From an uncultured Candidatus Rokubacteria bacterium (GTDB lineage Bacteria; Methylomirabilota; Methylomirabilia; Rokubacteriales; DASRDR01), in NCBI GenBank assembly GCA_963826115.1, contig CAWGVS010000011.1, positions 96,001 to 160,000 on the forward strand: a stretch of DNA of 64,000 nucleotides, read 5' to 3'. A program made the translations under genes and the position numbers. Below, piece by piece: positions 40,344-50,162 of the stretch (within the stretch, counting starts at the first letter, position 1; the number at the start of each line of letters is the position of its first letter). The notes below the pieces were generated by a model. That model was not told the DNA's origin and searched no databases. It saw nothing but the letters and a program-made list of their open reading frames with translations.

Positions 40344-41715
40344 CGAGGTCTTCCTGCGGCCGCTGCGGCGTGCCCTGGAGCTCGAGGGCTTCGACGTGCT
40401 GACCGCATCCAGCGGCGAGGAGGCCCTGGACCTCCTGAAGCGCGAGGACGTCGAGCTGGCTCTCACCGACCAGCGGCTGCCGGGCATGGACGGCGTGCAG
40501 GTCGTGCGGCAGCTCAAGGCCGAGCATCCCGAGATCGGCGTGGTCATGATGACCGCGTACGGGACCATCGGCGCCGCCGTCGAGGCGACCCGGCTCGGGG
40601 CCGAGGACTACCTGGTGAAGCCGTTCGAGCCCGACGAGATCCTCCTGGTCCTGCGGCGGGCGCTGGAGTTCCGCGAGCTGCGGGCGCAACGTCGCCGGTC
40701 GCTCCGCCGATACCAGGAGCGCTTCACCCTCACGAACCTCGTGGCGAACAGCCCCAAGATGCTCGACATCCTGGCGGTCCTGCGGGAGGTCGCGCAGCTC
40801 GACACGACCGTCCTCATCCACGGGGAGACGGGCGTCGGCAAGGAGCTCCTCGCCCGGACCCTCCACTTCACGGGGCCCCGGCGCGACAAGCCCTTCGTCG
40901 CGGTGAACTGCGCCGCGATCCCCGAGGAGCTGTTCGAGTCGGAGCTCTTCGGATACCGCCGGGGCGCGTTCACCGGCGCGACCGAGCCGCGACGCGGGCA
41001 CTTCCAGCTGGCGAGCGGCGGCACGCTCCTCCTGGACGAGATCGGCGAGATGCCGCTCGGGCTGCAGTCGAAGCTCTTACGCGCCATCGAGGAGAAGAAG
41101 ATCACTCCGATCGGCGCGGAGCGCCCCGTCGACATCGACGTCCGCTTCATCGCCACCACGAACCAGGACCTCCGCGAGGCCGCGGAGCGCGGGGCGTTCC
41201 GGCGCGACCTGTTCTACCGGCTGTCGGTGTTCCCGCTCCGCGTGCCGCCGCTGCGCGAGCGCGTCGAGGACATCCCGCCGCTCGCCGCGCACTTCCTCGT
41301 CGAGAGCGCCCGGCGCTGCAAGAAGAACGTCCGGAGCTTCACCCCCGCCGCCCTCGAGGCCCTGGTCCGGTACCCGTGGCCCGGGAACGCGCGCGAGCTC
41401 GAGAACGTCGTCGAGCGCGCGGTGATCACCGCGCGCGAGGACGTGATCGCCGACGTGGCGCCCTTCCTGGCGCCGAGAGGCGCGGACCGCGCCATCGTGG
41501 ACCTGACGCTGCCCTTCCGGGACGCGAAAGCGCGCGTGGTCGAGGAGTTCGAGCGGGCCTACGTGGCCGGCGTCCTCGGGCTCCATGCCGGAAAGCTCTC
41601 CGCCGCCGCCCGCCACGCCGACATGGACAACAAGAACCTCTGGGAGAAGATGGTGCGCTACGGCCTCCGCTCGCGGGCGGCCGCAGGGGAGCCGCCGCCG
41701 GACGGCGCTCCCTGA
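40312..41715 (+). CDS. Sigma54-dependent NtrC/CbrB-type response regulator
   Basis: REC domain, GETGVGKE, ESELFG, GAFTGA, LDEIGEM, WPGNARELEN, C-terminal HTH. Confidence 0.95.
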   Translation: MKRRVLIVEDDEVFLRPLRRALELEGFDVLTASSGEEALDLLKREDVELALTDQRLPGMDGVQVVRQLKAEHPEIGVVMMTAYGTIGAAVEATRLGAEDYLVKPFEPDEILLVLRRALEFRELRAQRRRSLRRYQERFTLTNLVANSPKMLDILAVLREVAQLDTTVLIHGETGVGKELLARTLHFTGPRRDKPFVAVNCAAIPEELFESELFGYRRGAFTGATEPRRGHFQLASGGTLLLDEIGEMPLGLQSKLLRAIEEKKITPIGAERPVDIDVRFIATTNQDLREAAERGAFRRDLFYRLSVFPLRVPPLRERVEDIPPLAAHFLVESARRCKKNVRSFTPAALEALVRYPWPGNARELENVVERAVITAREDVIADVAPFLAPRGADRAIVDLTLPFRDAKARVVEEFERAYVAGVLGLHAGKLSAAARHADMDNKNLWEKMVRYGLRSRAAAGEPPPDGAP

Positions 41716-41865
41716 CCTAGGGCCCCGGAACCCCGCCGGTCTCGGTCCCGGGGGCATGGCCGGTCCGAATATTGGCCGCGGCTGTCCCATCCTCCCACTT
41801 CCCACCACGTACCGGCGGCGACCTCGACATCGTCGGGAGCCTGGCCTCGATCCCGGCGTCGAGTT

Positions 41866-41901
41866 CCATGGTATCGAGGCCATGGTTCGCGGGCCATTGA
41901 G
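41866..41901. promoter_or_regulatory. Candidate enhancer (UAS): CCATGGT repeats at 14-bp spacing
   Basis: CCATGGTA at 41866, CCATGGTT at 41880, CCATTGAG at 41894. The same arrangement recurs at 44385-44419. Confidence 0.5.
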
Positions 41902-41978
41902 GGATGGCCTCCGTGTCTACCGCAGAGACTAACAGCGAACTGCGAATAACTACAGTGAGAACGGCCGCCACCACGCGT

Positions 41979-41995
41979 CTAGCACGCTCCCTGCT
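41979..41995 (+). promoter_or_regulatory. Sigma54-like promoter (variant -24 AG)
   Basis: CTAGCACGCTCCCTGCT against consensus YTGGCACG-N4-TTGCW; an identical 17-mer is at 44490. Confidence 0.55.
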
Positions 41996-42009
41996 ACAGT
42001 CCCCCGCCG

Positions 42010-42336
42010 ATGAGGATCTGGCTTCCCGGCTGGGCCCTGCTGCTCTATCTGGCGATCGACCTCGCCAACCCCTTCGTGCCCGGCGCTTTCCGGTTTACTC
42101 CCGAGGAGGGGTTCGTCTGGGTCGAAGGGATGTCTCCCGGTCGCGAGGGGGCGCGGAGCGGGGTTGCGGCGGCGAGCGTGCGAGCTCGGGCTTCGCACGT
42201 GCCAGCGTCCTCCGGGGAGCTGCAGGCCCCCACCGAGCCTGTCCGGGCGTGGCGCCTCACGACCTGGCTCACCCGTGTCCGGACCGGCGACCCTCCAGCT
42301 CGGGACCTCCCGCCGCCCGGTTCCGACGACCACTAG
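42010..42336 (+). CDS. Small 'DH-stop' family protein, copy B
   Basis: MRIWLPGWALLLYLAIDLANPFVPGAFRF...RVRTGDPPARDLPPPGSDDH*. Confidence 0.78.
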   Translation: MRIWLPGWALLLYLAIDLANPFVPGAFRFTPEEGFVWVEGMSPGREGARSGVAAASVRARASHVPASSGELQAPTEPVRAWRLTTWLTRVRTGDPPARDLPPPGSDDH

Positions 42337-42427
42337 GCCCCCATCCGCCGCTCGCACTGACCGTCACGACGAGCGCAACGCTGCGTTCGCGGTGCGCCCG
42401 TCCAGCATCGTTCTCGGAACGGTGAGT

Positions 42428-42798
42428 GAGCTGAGAACGTCGTGGAGCGCGCGGTCATCGTCGCGCGCGAGGACGTGATCGCCGACGTCGCGCCGTTCCT
42501 GGCGCCAAGCGGCGCCGACGGCGGTCGTCGATCTGACCCTGCCGTTCCGCGAGGCGAAGGCGCGGGTGTCGAGGAGTTCGAGCGGGCCTACGTGGCCGGG
42601 GTGCTGGGGCTGCACGGCGGCAAGCTCTCCGCGGCGGCCCGTCACGCCGACATGGACAACAAGAACCTCTGGGAGAAGATGGTGCGCTACGGCCTTCGCT
42701 CGCGGGCCATCGCGGGCGAGCCGCCGCCAGAATCTCTTCCTGAGTCCCGGCTGACCCTGGGTTCCGGCACCACTCGTTTCGCGGTCCCGGTGCCATGA
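42428..42798 (+). pseudogene. Duplicated C-terminal (HTH) fragment of the sigma54 regulator
   Basis: Aligns to ~41395-41700 (ERAV...EEFERAYVAGVLGLHxGKLSAAARHADMDNKNLWEKMVRYGLR). Differences are mostly synonymous, with compensating indels. ORF 42442..42798 is open. Confidence 0.75.
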
Positions 42799-42855
42799 GC
42801 CACCGGGATCCTCCGCAATCCTCAGTCATTCCGAACACTTGCTGAGCCGTTTTCG

Positions 42856-42872
42856 CTGGCATGGCGGGTGCT
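42856..42872 (+). promoter_or_regulatory. Sigma54 promoter upstream of the MFS gene
   Basis: CTGGCATG-GCGG-GTGCT: GG at -24 and GC at -12 with correct spacing. Confidence 0.6.
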
Positions 42873-42948
42873 TCCTCCCTTTCGGGTACGGGTCGAGATC
42901 TCCGACAGCCCCAGGGCTGTCCAGTCCCCCCGAACATCGGAGGAAGCA

Positions 42949-44314
42949 ATGCGCGCAGCGAAGGTTCCGCTCAACGAGCTCCGTCGCGTCGTCGTCGCGG
43001 CCTCCGTCGGCAACATCATCGAGTGGTACGACTTCTACATCTTCGGGAGCCTGGCCGCGATCCTTGCGGTCAAGTTCTTCGAGAAGGGCCACCCGGTGGC
43101 GGCCTTTCTCAGCACGGTGGCGATCTTCTCGGTCGGCTTCCTGATCCGGCCGCTGGGGGCGTTCTTCTTCGGCTGGCTCGGTGACAAGGTCGGCCGGAAG
43201 TACACCTTCATCGTCACCCTGACCGGCATGGGTCTGGCGACGGCTCTCATCGGCTTCGTGCCCACCTACCAGTCGATCGGCCTCGCCGCGGCGTTCATTC
43301 TCTTCGCCCTGCGCCTGATCCAGGGTCTCTGCCTTGGCGGGGAGTACGGCGGCGCATCACGTACGTCGCCGAGCACATCGAAGACGAGCATCGCGGGTAC
43401 TACACCGGGTGGCTCCAGACGTCGCCGACCCTCGGCATCGTCGTGTCGCTCGCGACGATCATCAGCATCCGGACCTATCTTGGCGTCGAGGCGTTCAACG
43501 ACTGGGGCTGGCGGCTGCCGTTCATCATCTCGCTTCTGCTGGTCGCCATCGCGATCTGGATCCGGCTCTCGCTCGGCGAGACGCCGATCTTCCAGGACAT
43601 GAAGGCGCGGGGTCGCACTACCACCAACCCCTGGCGCGAGGCGTTTCTCAGCAGCAACTTCAAGTACGTGGCGATCGCCAGCGTGGTCGTGCTAGGGGCA
43701 AGGCTGCGTCTGGTACAGCGGACAGTTCTGGGCGCTGTACTTCCTGCAGACGGTCAAGAAGCTCGACGTGCTGACGTCGAGCTGGATCGTCGGCATCGCG
43801 CTCCTGATCGCGACCCCGACCTTGATCTTCTGGGGCTGGCTCTCCGACAAGATCGGCCGAAAGCCGATCATCCTCGGCGGGATGGCCCTGGCCTCGCTCG
43901 ACCTACTACCCGCTCTACATCCGCGCTCGGAAACTACACGAACCCCGGAGCCGTCAACTACCCGATGGCCATTCTGATCGTGGTGATCCTGGTCAACTAC
44001 GTTGGCATGACCTACGGCCCGATCGGGCGTTCCTGGCCGAGTTCTTCCCCAGCCGCATCCGCTACACGTCGGTGTCGGTGCCCGTACCACATCGGCAACG
44101 GCTGGGGTGGCGGCCTGGTCCCGATCGTCACGACCTCGATGTACCTCTCGACCGGCAGCGTGGGCTACGCGCTGATCTATCCCATCGTGGTGCCGGCGGT
44201 CATGTTTCTCATCGCGATCTTCGTGATGCCGGAGACTCGCAAGCACAGCATCTGGGAAGAAGGGGCGATCGAAGCGAGCCGCAGTCGCAGCCTCAGCCGG
44301 GTAGGCAGGACTAG
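42949..44314 (+). CDS. MFS metabolite:H+ symporter (MHS family), frameshifted in this sequence
   Basis: GNIIEWYDFYIFG, RPLGAFFFGWLGDKVGRK, GGEYGGA, WGWRLPF, SDKIGRKP, YHIGNGWGGG, MPETR, spread over several frames. Confidence 0.85.
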
Positions 44315-44351
44315 GGGCTCTGCACGGCTTGTCGGTGCGGGGCCTTTCCTT
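44315..44351 (+). terminator. Probable intrinsic terminator
   Basis: GGCTCTGCAC / GTGCGGGGCC stem (two G-U pairs) followed by TTTCCTT. Confidence 0.55.
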
Positions 44352-44384
44352 CATGCAGAGTGCTGAGTGCCGAGCGATTGATGA

Positions 44385-44506
44385 CCATGGTAAGGAACCA
44401 TGGTACTGAAACCGTAGGGTAGTTGAGCGACTCCAAGGATGCGACTGATCCAACTCTCGGATTTGCCTGAAGAATCAGGATGAGTCGGTCTAGCACGCTC
44501 CCTGCT
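44385..44506 (+). promoter_or_regulatory. Second UAS-repeat + sigma54-like promoter module
   Basis: CCATGGTA at 44385 and 44398, CCGTAGGG at 44412; CTAGCACGCTCCCTGCT at 44490-44506. Confidence 0.55.
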
Positions 44507-44521
44507 TGCAGTCATCCCCCG

Positions 44522-44840
44522 ATGATCAGGAGGCTTCCAAGTTGGGCCGTGCTGATCTACCTGGCGATCGACCTCGCCAACCCCTTCGTTCCCGGTGCCT
44601 TCCGGTTCACCCCGAGATGGGCTTGTCTGGGTGGAAGCACGTTCGGCGTGCGCGAGGCGCCGAGGCAAAGTCTCGCAGACAGAGAGTCCGCTCGATCTCT
44701 CCCGCGCCGGTGTCCGACGGCGGTCTTCTCGCCACTGGAGCGCCCGCACCCCGCTGGGTACCTCGCTGTCTGGCTGGTCCGCGTCAGGACCGGCGATCCT
44801 CCGCGCGGACCTCCCTCCGTCCGACTCCGACGACCACTAG
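44522..44840 (+). CDS. Small 'DH-stop' family protein, copy C (frameshifted in this sequence)
   Basis: MIRRLPSWAVLIYLAIDLANPFVPGAFRFTP / DGLVWVE / WLVRVRTGDPP / DLPPSDSDDH* across two frames. Confidence 0.7.
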
Positions 44841-44896
44841 GCCCCGTCCGCCGACGCGTGCTGCACGAGAGCGCAGCGGTTGCGTCGGAGGGCTCC

Positions 44897-45166
44897 ATGG
44901 CCGACCTGAGTGAACGTCAGAAGCAGGAGTACTGGCGGTACAACATCAAGCTCACCACCATCCTGCTGACGATCTGGTTCGTGGTGACGTATCTGATCTC
45001 GGGCCTGTGGGCGAGCTGGCTCAACCAGTTCTCGTTCCTCGGTTTCCCGCTCGGCTACTACATGGCGGCCCAGGGGGCGCTCGCGATCTTCGTCATCGAG
45101 ATCGCCGTCTACGCCCGCCTGATGAACCGTAAGGACATCGAGTTCGGCATCCGCGAGGAGGGCTAG
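44897..45166 (+). CDS. Small subunit of solute:sodium symporter (DUF4212-like)
   Basis: YWRYNIKL...WFVVT...LGFPLGYYMAAQGA...YARLMNRKDIEFG. Confidence 0.9.
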   Translation: MADLSERQKQEYWRYNIKLTTILLTIWFVVTYLISGLWASWLNQFSFLGFPLGYYMAAQGALAIFVIEIAVYARLMNRKDIEFGIREEG

Positions 45167-45171
45167 CCGCC

Positions 45172-47106
45172 ATGGGGATCAGCCTCCAGAGGATCTTCGG
45201 ACTCTACACGGTCGGGTTCCTCGGCGTCACCATCCTGATCGGCATCGGTGAGGCGATCGGGCTGTTCAGCAACCAGATGATCGGCTGGATCTTCATGGCG
45301 CTGTCGCTGGCCATCTACGTCGTGATCGGCGTGCTCACCCGGACGTCCAATCCCGACCAGTACTACGTGGCCGGGCGCGGCGTGCCCGCGGTGTACAACG
45401 GGATGGCCACCGGATCCGACTGGATGTCGGCGGCGTCGTTCATCTCGATGGGCGGGGCGCTCTCCGCCCAGGGCTTCGCCGGGCTTGCCTACGTCATGGG
45501 CTGGACGGGCGGTTATCTCCTGCTCGCCGTCCTGCTCGGCCCGTACCTTCGCCAGTTCGGGGCGTACACCATTCCGGACTTCCTGGGGGCGCGTTTCGGC
45601 GGCAACATCCCCCGGGTAATCGGCGTGATCGCCGCGATCGCCTGCTCGTTCACCTATCTGATCGCGCAGGTGACTGGGGTGGGACTGATCGTTTCCCGGT
45701 TCGTCGGCCTCGACTTCAACGTCGGCGTCTTCGTCGGGCTCCTGGGCGTGCTGTTCTGCTCGGTACTCGGCGGGATGAAGTCCGTCACGTGGACCCAGGT
45801 GGCCCAGTACATCATCCTGATCATCTCGTACCTGGTTCCCGTCGTGTACCTGTCGTGGACCATTTTCGCGATTCCGATCCCGCAGCTGACCTACGGCCGG
45901 CTTCTCCATCAGAACAACACCCGTGCGCTCCAGATCACCGGCGACGCCAAGGAGAAGGAGACGCGGGGGCTCTGGCAGAAGGAGGCCGACGAGGCCAACG
46001 CCAAGATCAAGGCCGGCGGCCTGCCGGACGCCGACGTCGACAAGCTCAAGGCCCAGGCCACCCTCGCGGCGCGCCAGGCGATCGCGCCAGCGACCAGCGA
46101 GACCGCGCAGTTCGGCCGCTACCTCACGGTGCCGAGCGGCGTCGGCATGTGGAACTTCCTCGCGCTGACGTTCTGTCTCATGGTGGGGACCGCGGGCCTG
46201 CCCCACATCCTGACTCGCTACTACACCACGCCCTCCGTGCGTCAGGCGCGCACCTCCGTGGCGTGGTCCCTGTTCTTCATCTTCCTGCTGTACTTCACGG
46301 CGCCGGCCTACGCCGCCTTCGCGCGGTTCACGATCTACGCGAAGCTGGTGGGGACCCAGATCAAGGAGCTGCCGCGCTGGATCACCCTCTGGGCGCCGGC
46401 CGGCCTGTTCAGCGTCGTCGACAAGAACGGCGACGGCATCGTGCAGTGGGCGGACTTCGTGATCCGGTCAACCGACTTCGTCGTGCTGTCGATGCCGGAG
46501 ATCGCGGGGCTGCCGTTCGTGATCACCGGCCTCGTCATGGCCGGCGGCCTGGCGGCGGCCCTGTCCACCGCCGACGGCCTCCTCCTGACGATCGCCAACG
46601 CGATCTCCCACGACCTCTACTACAACGTCATCAACCCCCGGACCTCGCTGGCCGTGCGATTGACGATCACCAAGGTCCTGCTGATCGTCACCGCGCTCGT
46701 GGCGGCGTACGTCGCCACGTACCGGGTGGCGATCATCGTCGAGCTGGTGGCCTGGGCGTTCAGCCTGGCCGGCGCGTCGTTCTTCCCCGCGCTGGTGATG
46801 GGCATCTGGTGGAAACGCGCCAACAAGACCGGGGCGTGCTGGGGCATGGTCGTCGGCCTCGGCGTCACGGCCTACTACATGATCGGAAGCCGGTTCTACG
46901 GTGTGTCGTGGTTCGGCACCCAGACGATCGCCTCGGCGATCTTCGGGCTGCCGGCCGGCATCCTCACAATCTGGATCGTGTCCCTCCTGACGGCGCCGCC
47001 GCCCCGGGAGGTGCAGGATCTCGTGGTGAGCGTGCGGTATCCGAAGTCCGGCCAGGCCTACAGGGGCGATCCGCTCGGTCGCGACGTGGCCAGCGCCGCC
47101 CGCTAG
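45172..47106 (+). CDS. Sodium/solute symporter, ActP-like (VC_2705 subfamily)
   Basis: YYVAGRGVPAVYNGMATGSDWMSAASFISM, YTIPDFLGARF, GTAGLPHILTRYYT, AAALSTADGLLL. Confidence 0.93.
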   Translation: MGISLQRIFGLYTVGFLGVTILIGIGEAIGLFSNQMIGWIFMALSLAIYVVIGVLTRTSNPDQYYVAGRGVPAVYNGMATGSDWMSAASFISMGGALSAQGFAGLAYVMGWTGGYLLLAVLLGPYLRQFGAYTIPDFLGARFGGNIPRVIGVIAAIACSFTYLIAQVTGVGLIVSRFVGLDFNVGVFVGLLGVLFCSVLGGMKSVTWTQVAQYIILIISYLVPVVYLSWTIFAIPIPQLTYGRLLHQNNTRALQITGDAKEKETRGLWQKEADEANAKIKAGGLPDADVDKLKAQATLAARQAIAPATSETAQFGRYLTVPSGVGMWNFLALTFCLMVGTAGLPHILTRYYTTPSVRQARTSVAWSLFFIFLLYFTAPAYAAFARFTIYAKLVGTQIKELPRWITLWAPAGLFSVVDKNGDGIVQWADFVIRSTDFVVLSMPEIAGLPFVITGLVMAGGLAAALSTADGLLLTIANAISHDLYYNVINPRTSLAVRLTITKVLLIVTALVAAYVATYRVAIIVELVAWAFSLAGASFFPALVMGIWWKRANKTGACWGMVVGLGVTAYYMIGSRFYGVSWFGTQTIASAIFGLPAGILTIWIVSLLTAPPPREVQDLVVSVRYPKSGQAYRGDPLGRDVASAAR

Positions 47107-47123
47107 CGGTCGACTGACGTCAC

Positions 47124-47160
47124 CCGGGGGGCGGGGCGCCTGGCGCGTCCCGCCCCCTGG
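47124..47160 (+). terminator. GC-rich hairpin after the symporter
   Basis: GGGGGCGGGGCGC / GCGTCCCGCCCCC stem with a weak U tract. Confidence 0.45.
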
Positions 47161-47172
47161 TATCATGCGCCC

Positions 47173-47487
47173 GTGATCGGGTCAGAACTGCTCGTGCGTC
47201 TCCTCCACACCCTCAACGTGGTGGTCCCGCTCGTCTTTTTCATGGCCTCGATCTATCTCGGCCTCCACATTCTGTTCGCTCGCCTGATCAATCGGCCGGA
47301 CAGCCCGGTCCTCTGGTTCTTCTCGGTGGTTACCGGGCCGCTGACGCGCCCCGTGCGGAGGCTTCTGGGGGTCGCCACACCGGAGCGCCGGGTGCGCCTG
47401 GCCGCTCTCGGTGTCTACGTGGCGCTCTGGCTCGGCTCCCGGATCCTGCTCGCCCACTGGCTCGGGTCACGCGGCCCGATAGCCTGA
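47173..47487 (+). CDS. Small membrane protein (YggT-like features)
   Basis: TM segment, PVLWFFSVVTGPLTRPVRRLL, second TM segment. Confidence 0.65.
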   Translation: MIGSELLVRLLHTLNVVVPLVFFMASIYLGLHILFARLINRPDSPVLWFFSVVTGPLTRPVRRLLGVATPERRVRLAALGVYVALWLGSRILLAHWLGSRGPIA

Positions 47488-47501
47488 GCGAGACGGGCTC
47501 C

Positions 47502-47931
47502 ATGCTGGCGCTCGCCGCCGCCAACGTGTTCGGAGCGGTCGCGTTTGCCGGCGTCTACGCGCGCCGGATCGAGGTTTCGCGACGCCCCGGCAGTGTTCAT
47601 GGTTGCCGTGCTCCTGGCGTTCGTCGGAGTGACCGCGCTCTGGGTCTACGTCGAGCAGTGGTCCCGAGCGCTCGAGGCGATCCGCCGGATCGGGCGAGGG
47701 GCCATCGCGCTCCTGATGGTCGTGATCGGCCTGCCGATGGTCGTGCTGATGCCGCTGTTCTGGCTGGAGAGCCAGCTTCCGCCCGAGGCGGTACCGGCGC
47801 TCCATCTCGGATCCGTGATGGCGCTGCTCCTGGTCTCGCTGGCCCTCGTCGTCGCCACGAACGTCGCCGGCGCTCTCGTGGCGACGGGGCTCGGCATCCT
47901 TCGACGGTGGCGGGCCGGCCGGGGACCCTGA
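47502..47931 (+). CDS. Hypothetical membrane protein (one apparent frameshift near 47575)
   Basis: MLALAAANVFGAVAFAGVYARRIE continues as FRDAPAVFMVAVLL... in another frame; about 4 TM segments. Confidence 0.55.
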
Positions 47932-47947
47932 GGAAAGGCGTCCGATC

Positions 47948-49412
47948 GTGAGCCCACGAGGACGTCTCGCTCTTCCTCCATCCGGTCCGCGAGTTCATCG
48001 CGCGGCCGCCCGTGACCGCGAGCCCGCGCACGCTTGTTCAGGCGCTCGCCCGCCAGATGGCGGCGGCCGGAATCGGGTCGGTGGTCATCGCCGGTGACGA
48101 CGGCACGCCCACCGGGATCGTGACGGATCGAGACCTTCGGACGAAGGTCGTCGCGGCCGCCCGCGACCCGACGGCGACGACGGCGGCCGACGTCATGTCG
48201 ACCCCGCTCGTCAGCGTGGCCCCGGCGACCTACGGCTTCGAGGCGCTCCTCGAGATGACCCGGCGCGGAATCCACCACCTCGCGGTCGTGGAAGAGGGAC
48301 GCCTCCTCGGCGTCGTGTCGAGCAACGACTTCCTCCGGCTGCACGCGACGCACCCGGTGACGATGGCCCGCGAGATCGCCTCGGCGCCGTCCGTCGACGA
48401 TCTCGCGCGGCTCGGCGGGCGGGTCACCGCGCTGGTGCGCCGGCTGGTGGACGAGGGCGGGACGCCGTACGACGTCGGGCGGATCGTCGCCGAGCTGAAC
48501 GAGCGGATGATGCAGCGGGTGGTCGAGCTGGTCACCCGGGCCGGTCGCGCGCGGCCGGCCCGCCGCCCGCCCCGTTCTGCTGGCTCGCCTTCGGGAGCGA
48601 GGCCCGGCAGGAGCAGACGCTTCGCACGGATCAGGACAACGGGCTCGCGTACGCCGACCCGTCACCGCGCGACGCCGCGGCGGTCGCGGCCTACTTCGCG
48701 CGGCTCGCCGGCGGAGGTCAACGGGGCGCTCGTCCGGATCGGGTTCCCGGAGTGCCCGGGGCGAATCATGGCCTCGAACCCAGAGTGGTGCCAGCCGGTC
48801 GGCGTCTGGACGAGTCGGTTTCGCGGCTGGATGCAGGAGAGCGGTCCCGCGGAGGTGCTCGCGGCCTGCATCTTCTTCGACCTTCGGTCGACGGCGGACA
48901 CGACGACGCTGGCTCGAGCCTCCGCGACGGTGATCCGGACCGAGGCGCCGGGCGCGCGCCGCCTGCTGGGTCTCCTCGCGCGCGACGTGGTGGAACGGCC
49001 CGTCGCCCTCACGGTCTTCGGGAATCTCCGGGTGGCGCGGAGCGAGCCGCATCGCGGCACCGTCGACCTCAAGGGCGGGGGCGGGCTTCAGCTCGTCGGC
49101 GCCGCGCGGGTCCATGCCCTGGCGCTCGGCCTCGAGGAGACGAACACGGTCGACCGGTTCCGAGCGGCGGCCGCGCGGGAGGTGTACGGCGAGGCCGAAT
49201 GCCGCGACATCACGGACGCCCATCAGTTCCTCCAGCGGCTCCGGCTCGTCCACCAGCTGGATCGTCTGGAGCGCGGCGAGCCGGCCGACAACCGGATCGG
49301 CCCGGCGCGGCTGTCGCACGCGGAGACGGTGCTCCTGCGCGACGCGCTCCGCACCGTCGGCCAGGTGCAGGGGGGCCTCCGGGAGCGCTACGCGACGGAC
49401 CTGCTCCAGTGA
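47948..49412 (+). CDS. CBS + DUF294 nucleotidyltransferase-like protein (frameshifted in this sequence)
   Basis: CBS pair (GIVTDRDLR, IHHLAVVE), CWLAFGSEARQEQTLRTDQDNGL in a shifted frame, CPGRIMASNPEW, IFFDLR, VDLKGGG. Confidence 0.88.
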
Positions 49413-50044
49413 GGGGCCTGGCTCGCTGGCTTCGCTGGCGCACGGCCCTGCCCCGGGACCGCCGGCCGCTCGCGGCGCTGCTCGACGACTTCGTGGCCAT
49501 CGACCTCGAGACGACGGGGCTCGATGCGACCCGGGACGCCGCCGTCGCGGTGGCGGTCGTGCCGTTCCGGGGCGGCCAGGCCATTGACGGTTATGAGACG
49601 CTCGTCAACCCCGGCCGGCCCATCCCGGTCACCTCCACGCGGATCCACGGGATCACGGACGAGATGGTGAGGACCGCGCCACGCCTGAGCGAGGTTCTGG
49701 ACGACATCGAGGGCGTCCTCGGAGGTCACGCCGTCGTCGGTCATGGTGTGGCGTTCGACCTGGCCATTCTCGAGCGGGCCCGCCGGGCCCATCACCGCCC
49801 CGCTCTACCGAATACCGCGCTGTGCACGATGCGCCTGGCCGCCGCCCTCCACCCCGGGTGGGTGGACGTGACCCTCGAGGCGCTCGCGGCGCGACTCGGC
49901 GTACCGGTGGTGGGCCGCCACACGGCTCGGGGGGACGCCATGGTGGCCGGCGCGCTGATGCTCGGGCTCCTGCCCGAGCTCGCGCGCCGAGGCCACCGCA
50001 CCCTCGCCGACGCGGCGTGGCTGCAGCGCAGCGTGCTCCTGTAG
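49409..50044 (+). CDS. DEDDh 3'-5' exonuclease (DnaQ-like)
   Basis: IDLETTGLD, IHGITD, GHGVAFD, RHTARGDA. GTG overlaps the upstream stop. Confidence 0.9.
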   Translation: MRGLARWLRWRTALPRDRRPLAALLDDFVAIDLETTGLDATRDAAVAVAVVPFRGGQAIDGYETLVNPGRPIPVTSTRIHGITDEMVRTAPRLSEVLDDIEGVLGGHAVVGHGVAFDLAILERARRAHHRPALPNTALCTMRLAAALHPGWVDVTLEALAARLGVPVVGRHTARGDAMVAGALMLGLLPELARRGHRTLADAAWLQRSVLL

Positions 50045-50162
50045 CCAAAGCCTGACCCCGTCCATCGGGCCAATCTCTTGTGGGCGGGGCCGATTTCAGC
50101 GATTCTGAGACTCACCGACGCCGTCGCGCCGGGAACGGGCCACCACCACCAAGGAGCCGACG

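Noticed and set aside
47948-47951. In-frame TGA at the start of the CBS-DUF294 gene as a second Sec codon
   Set aside because: There is no Cys context. An extra C in GTGAGCCCAC explains it as an indel after a GTG start.
47948-50044. Nucleotidyltransferase + exonuclease pair as an anti-phage (CBASS-like) system
   Set aside because: CBS-DUF294 plus a DnaQ-like gene is a known companion of actP-type transporter loci, and no CD-NTase or effector features are seen.
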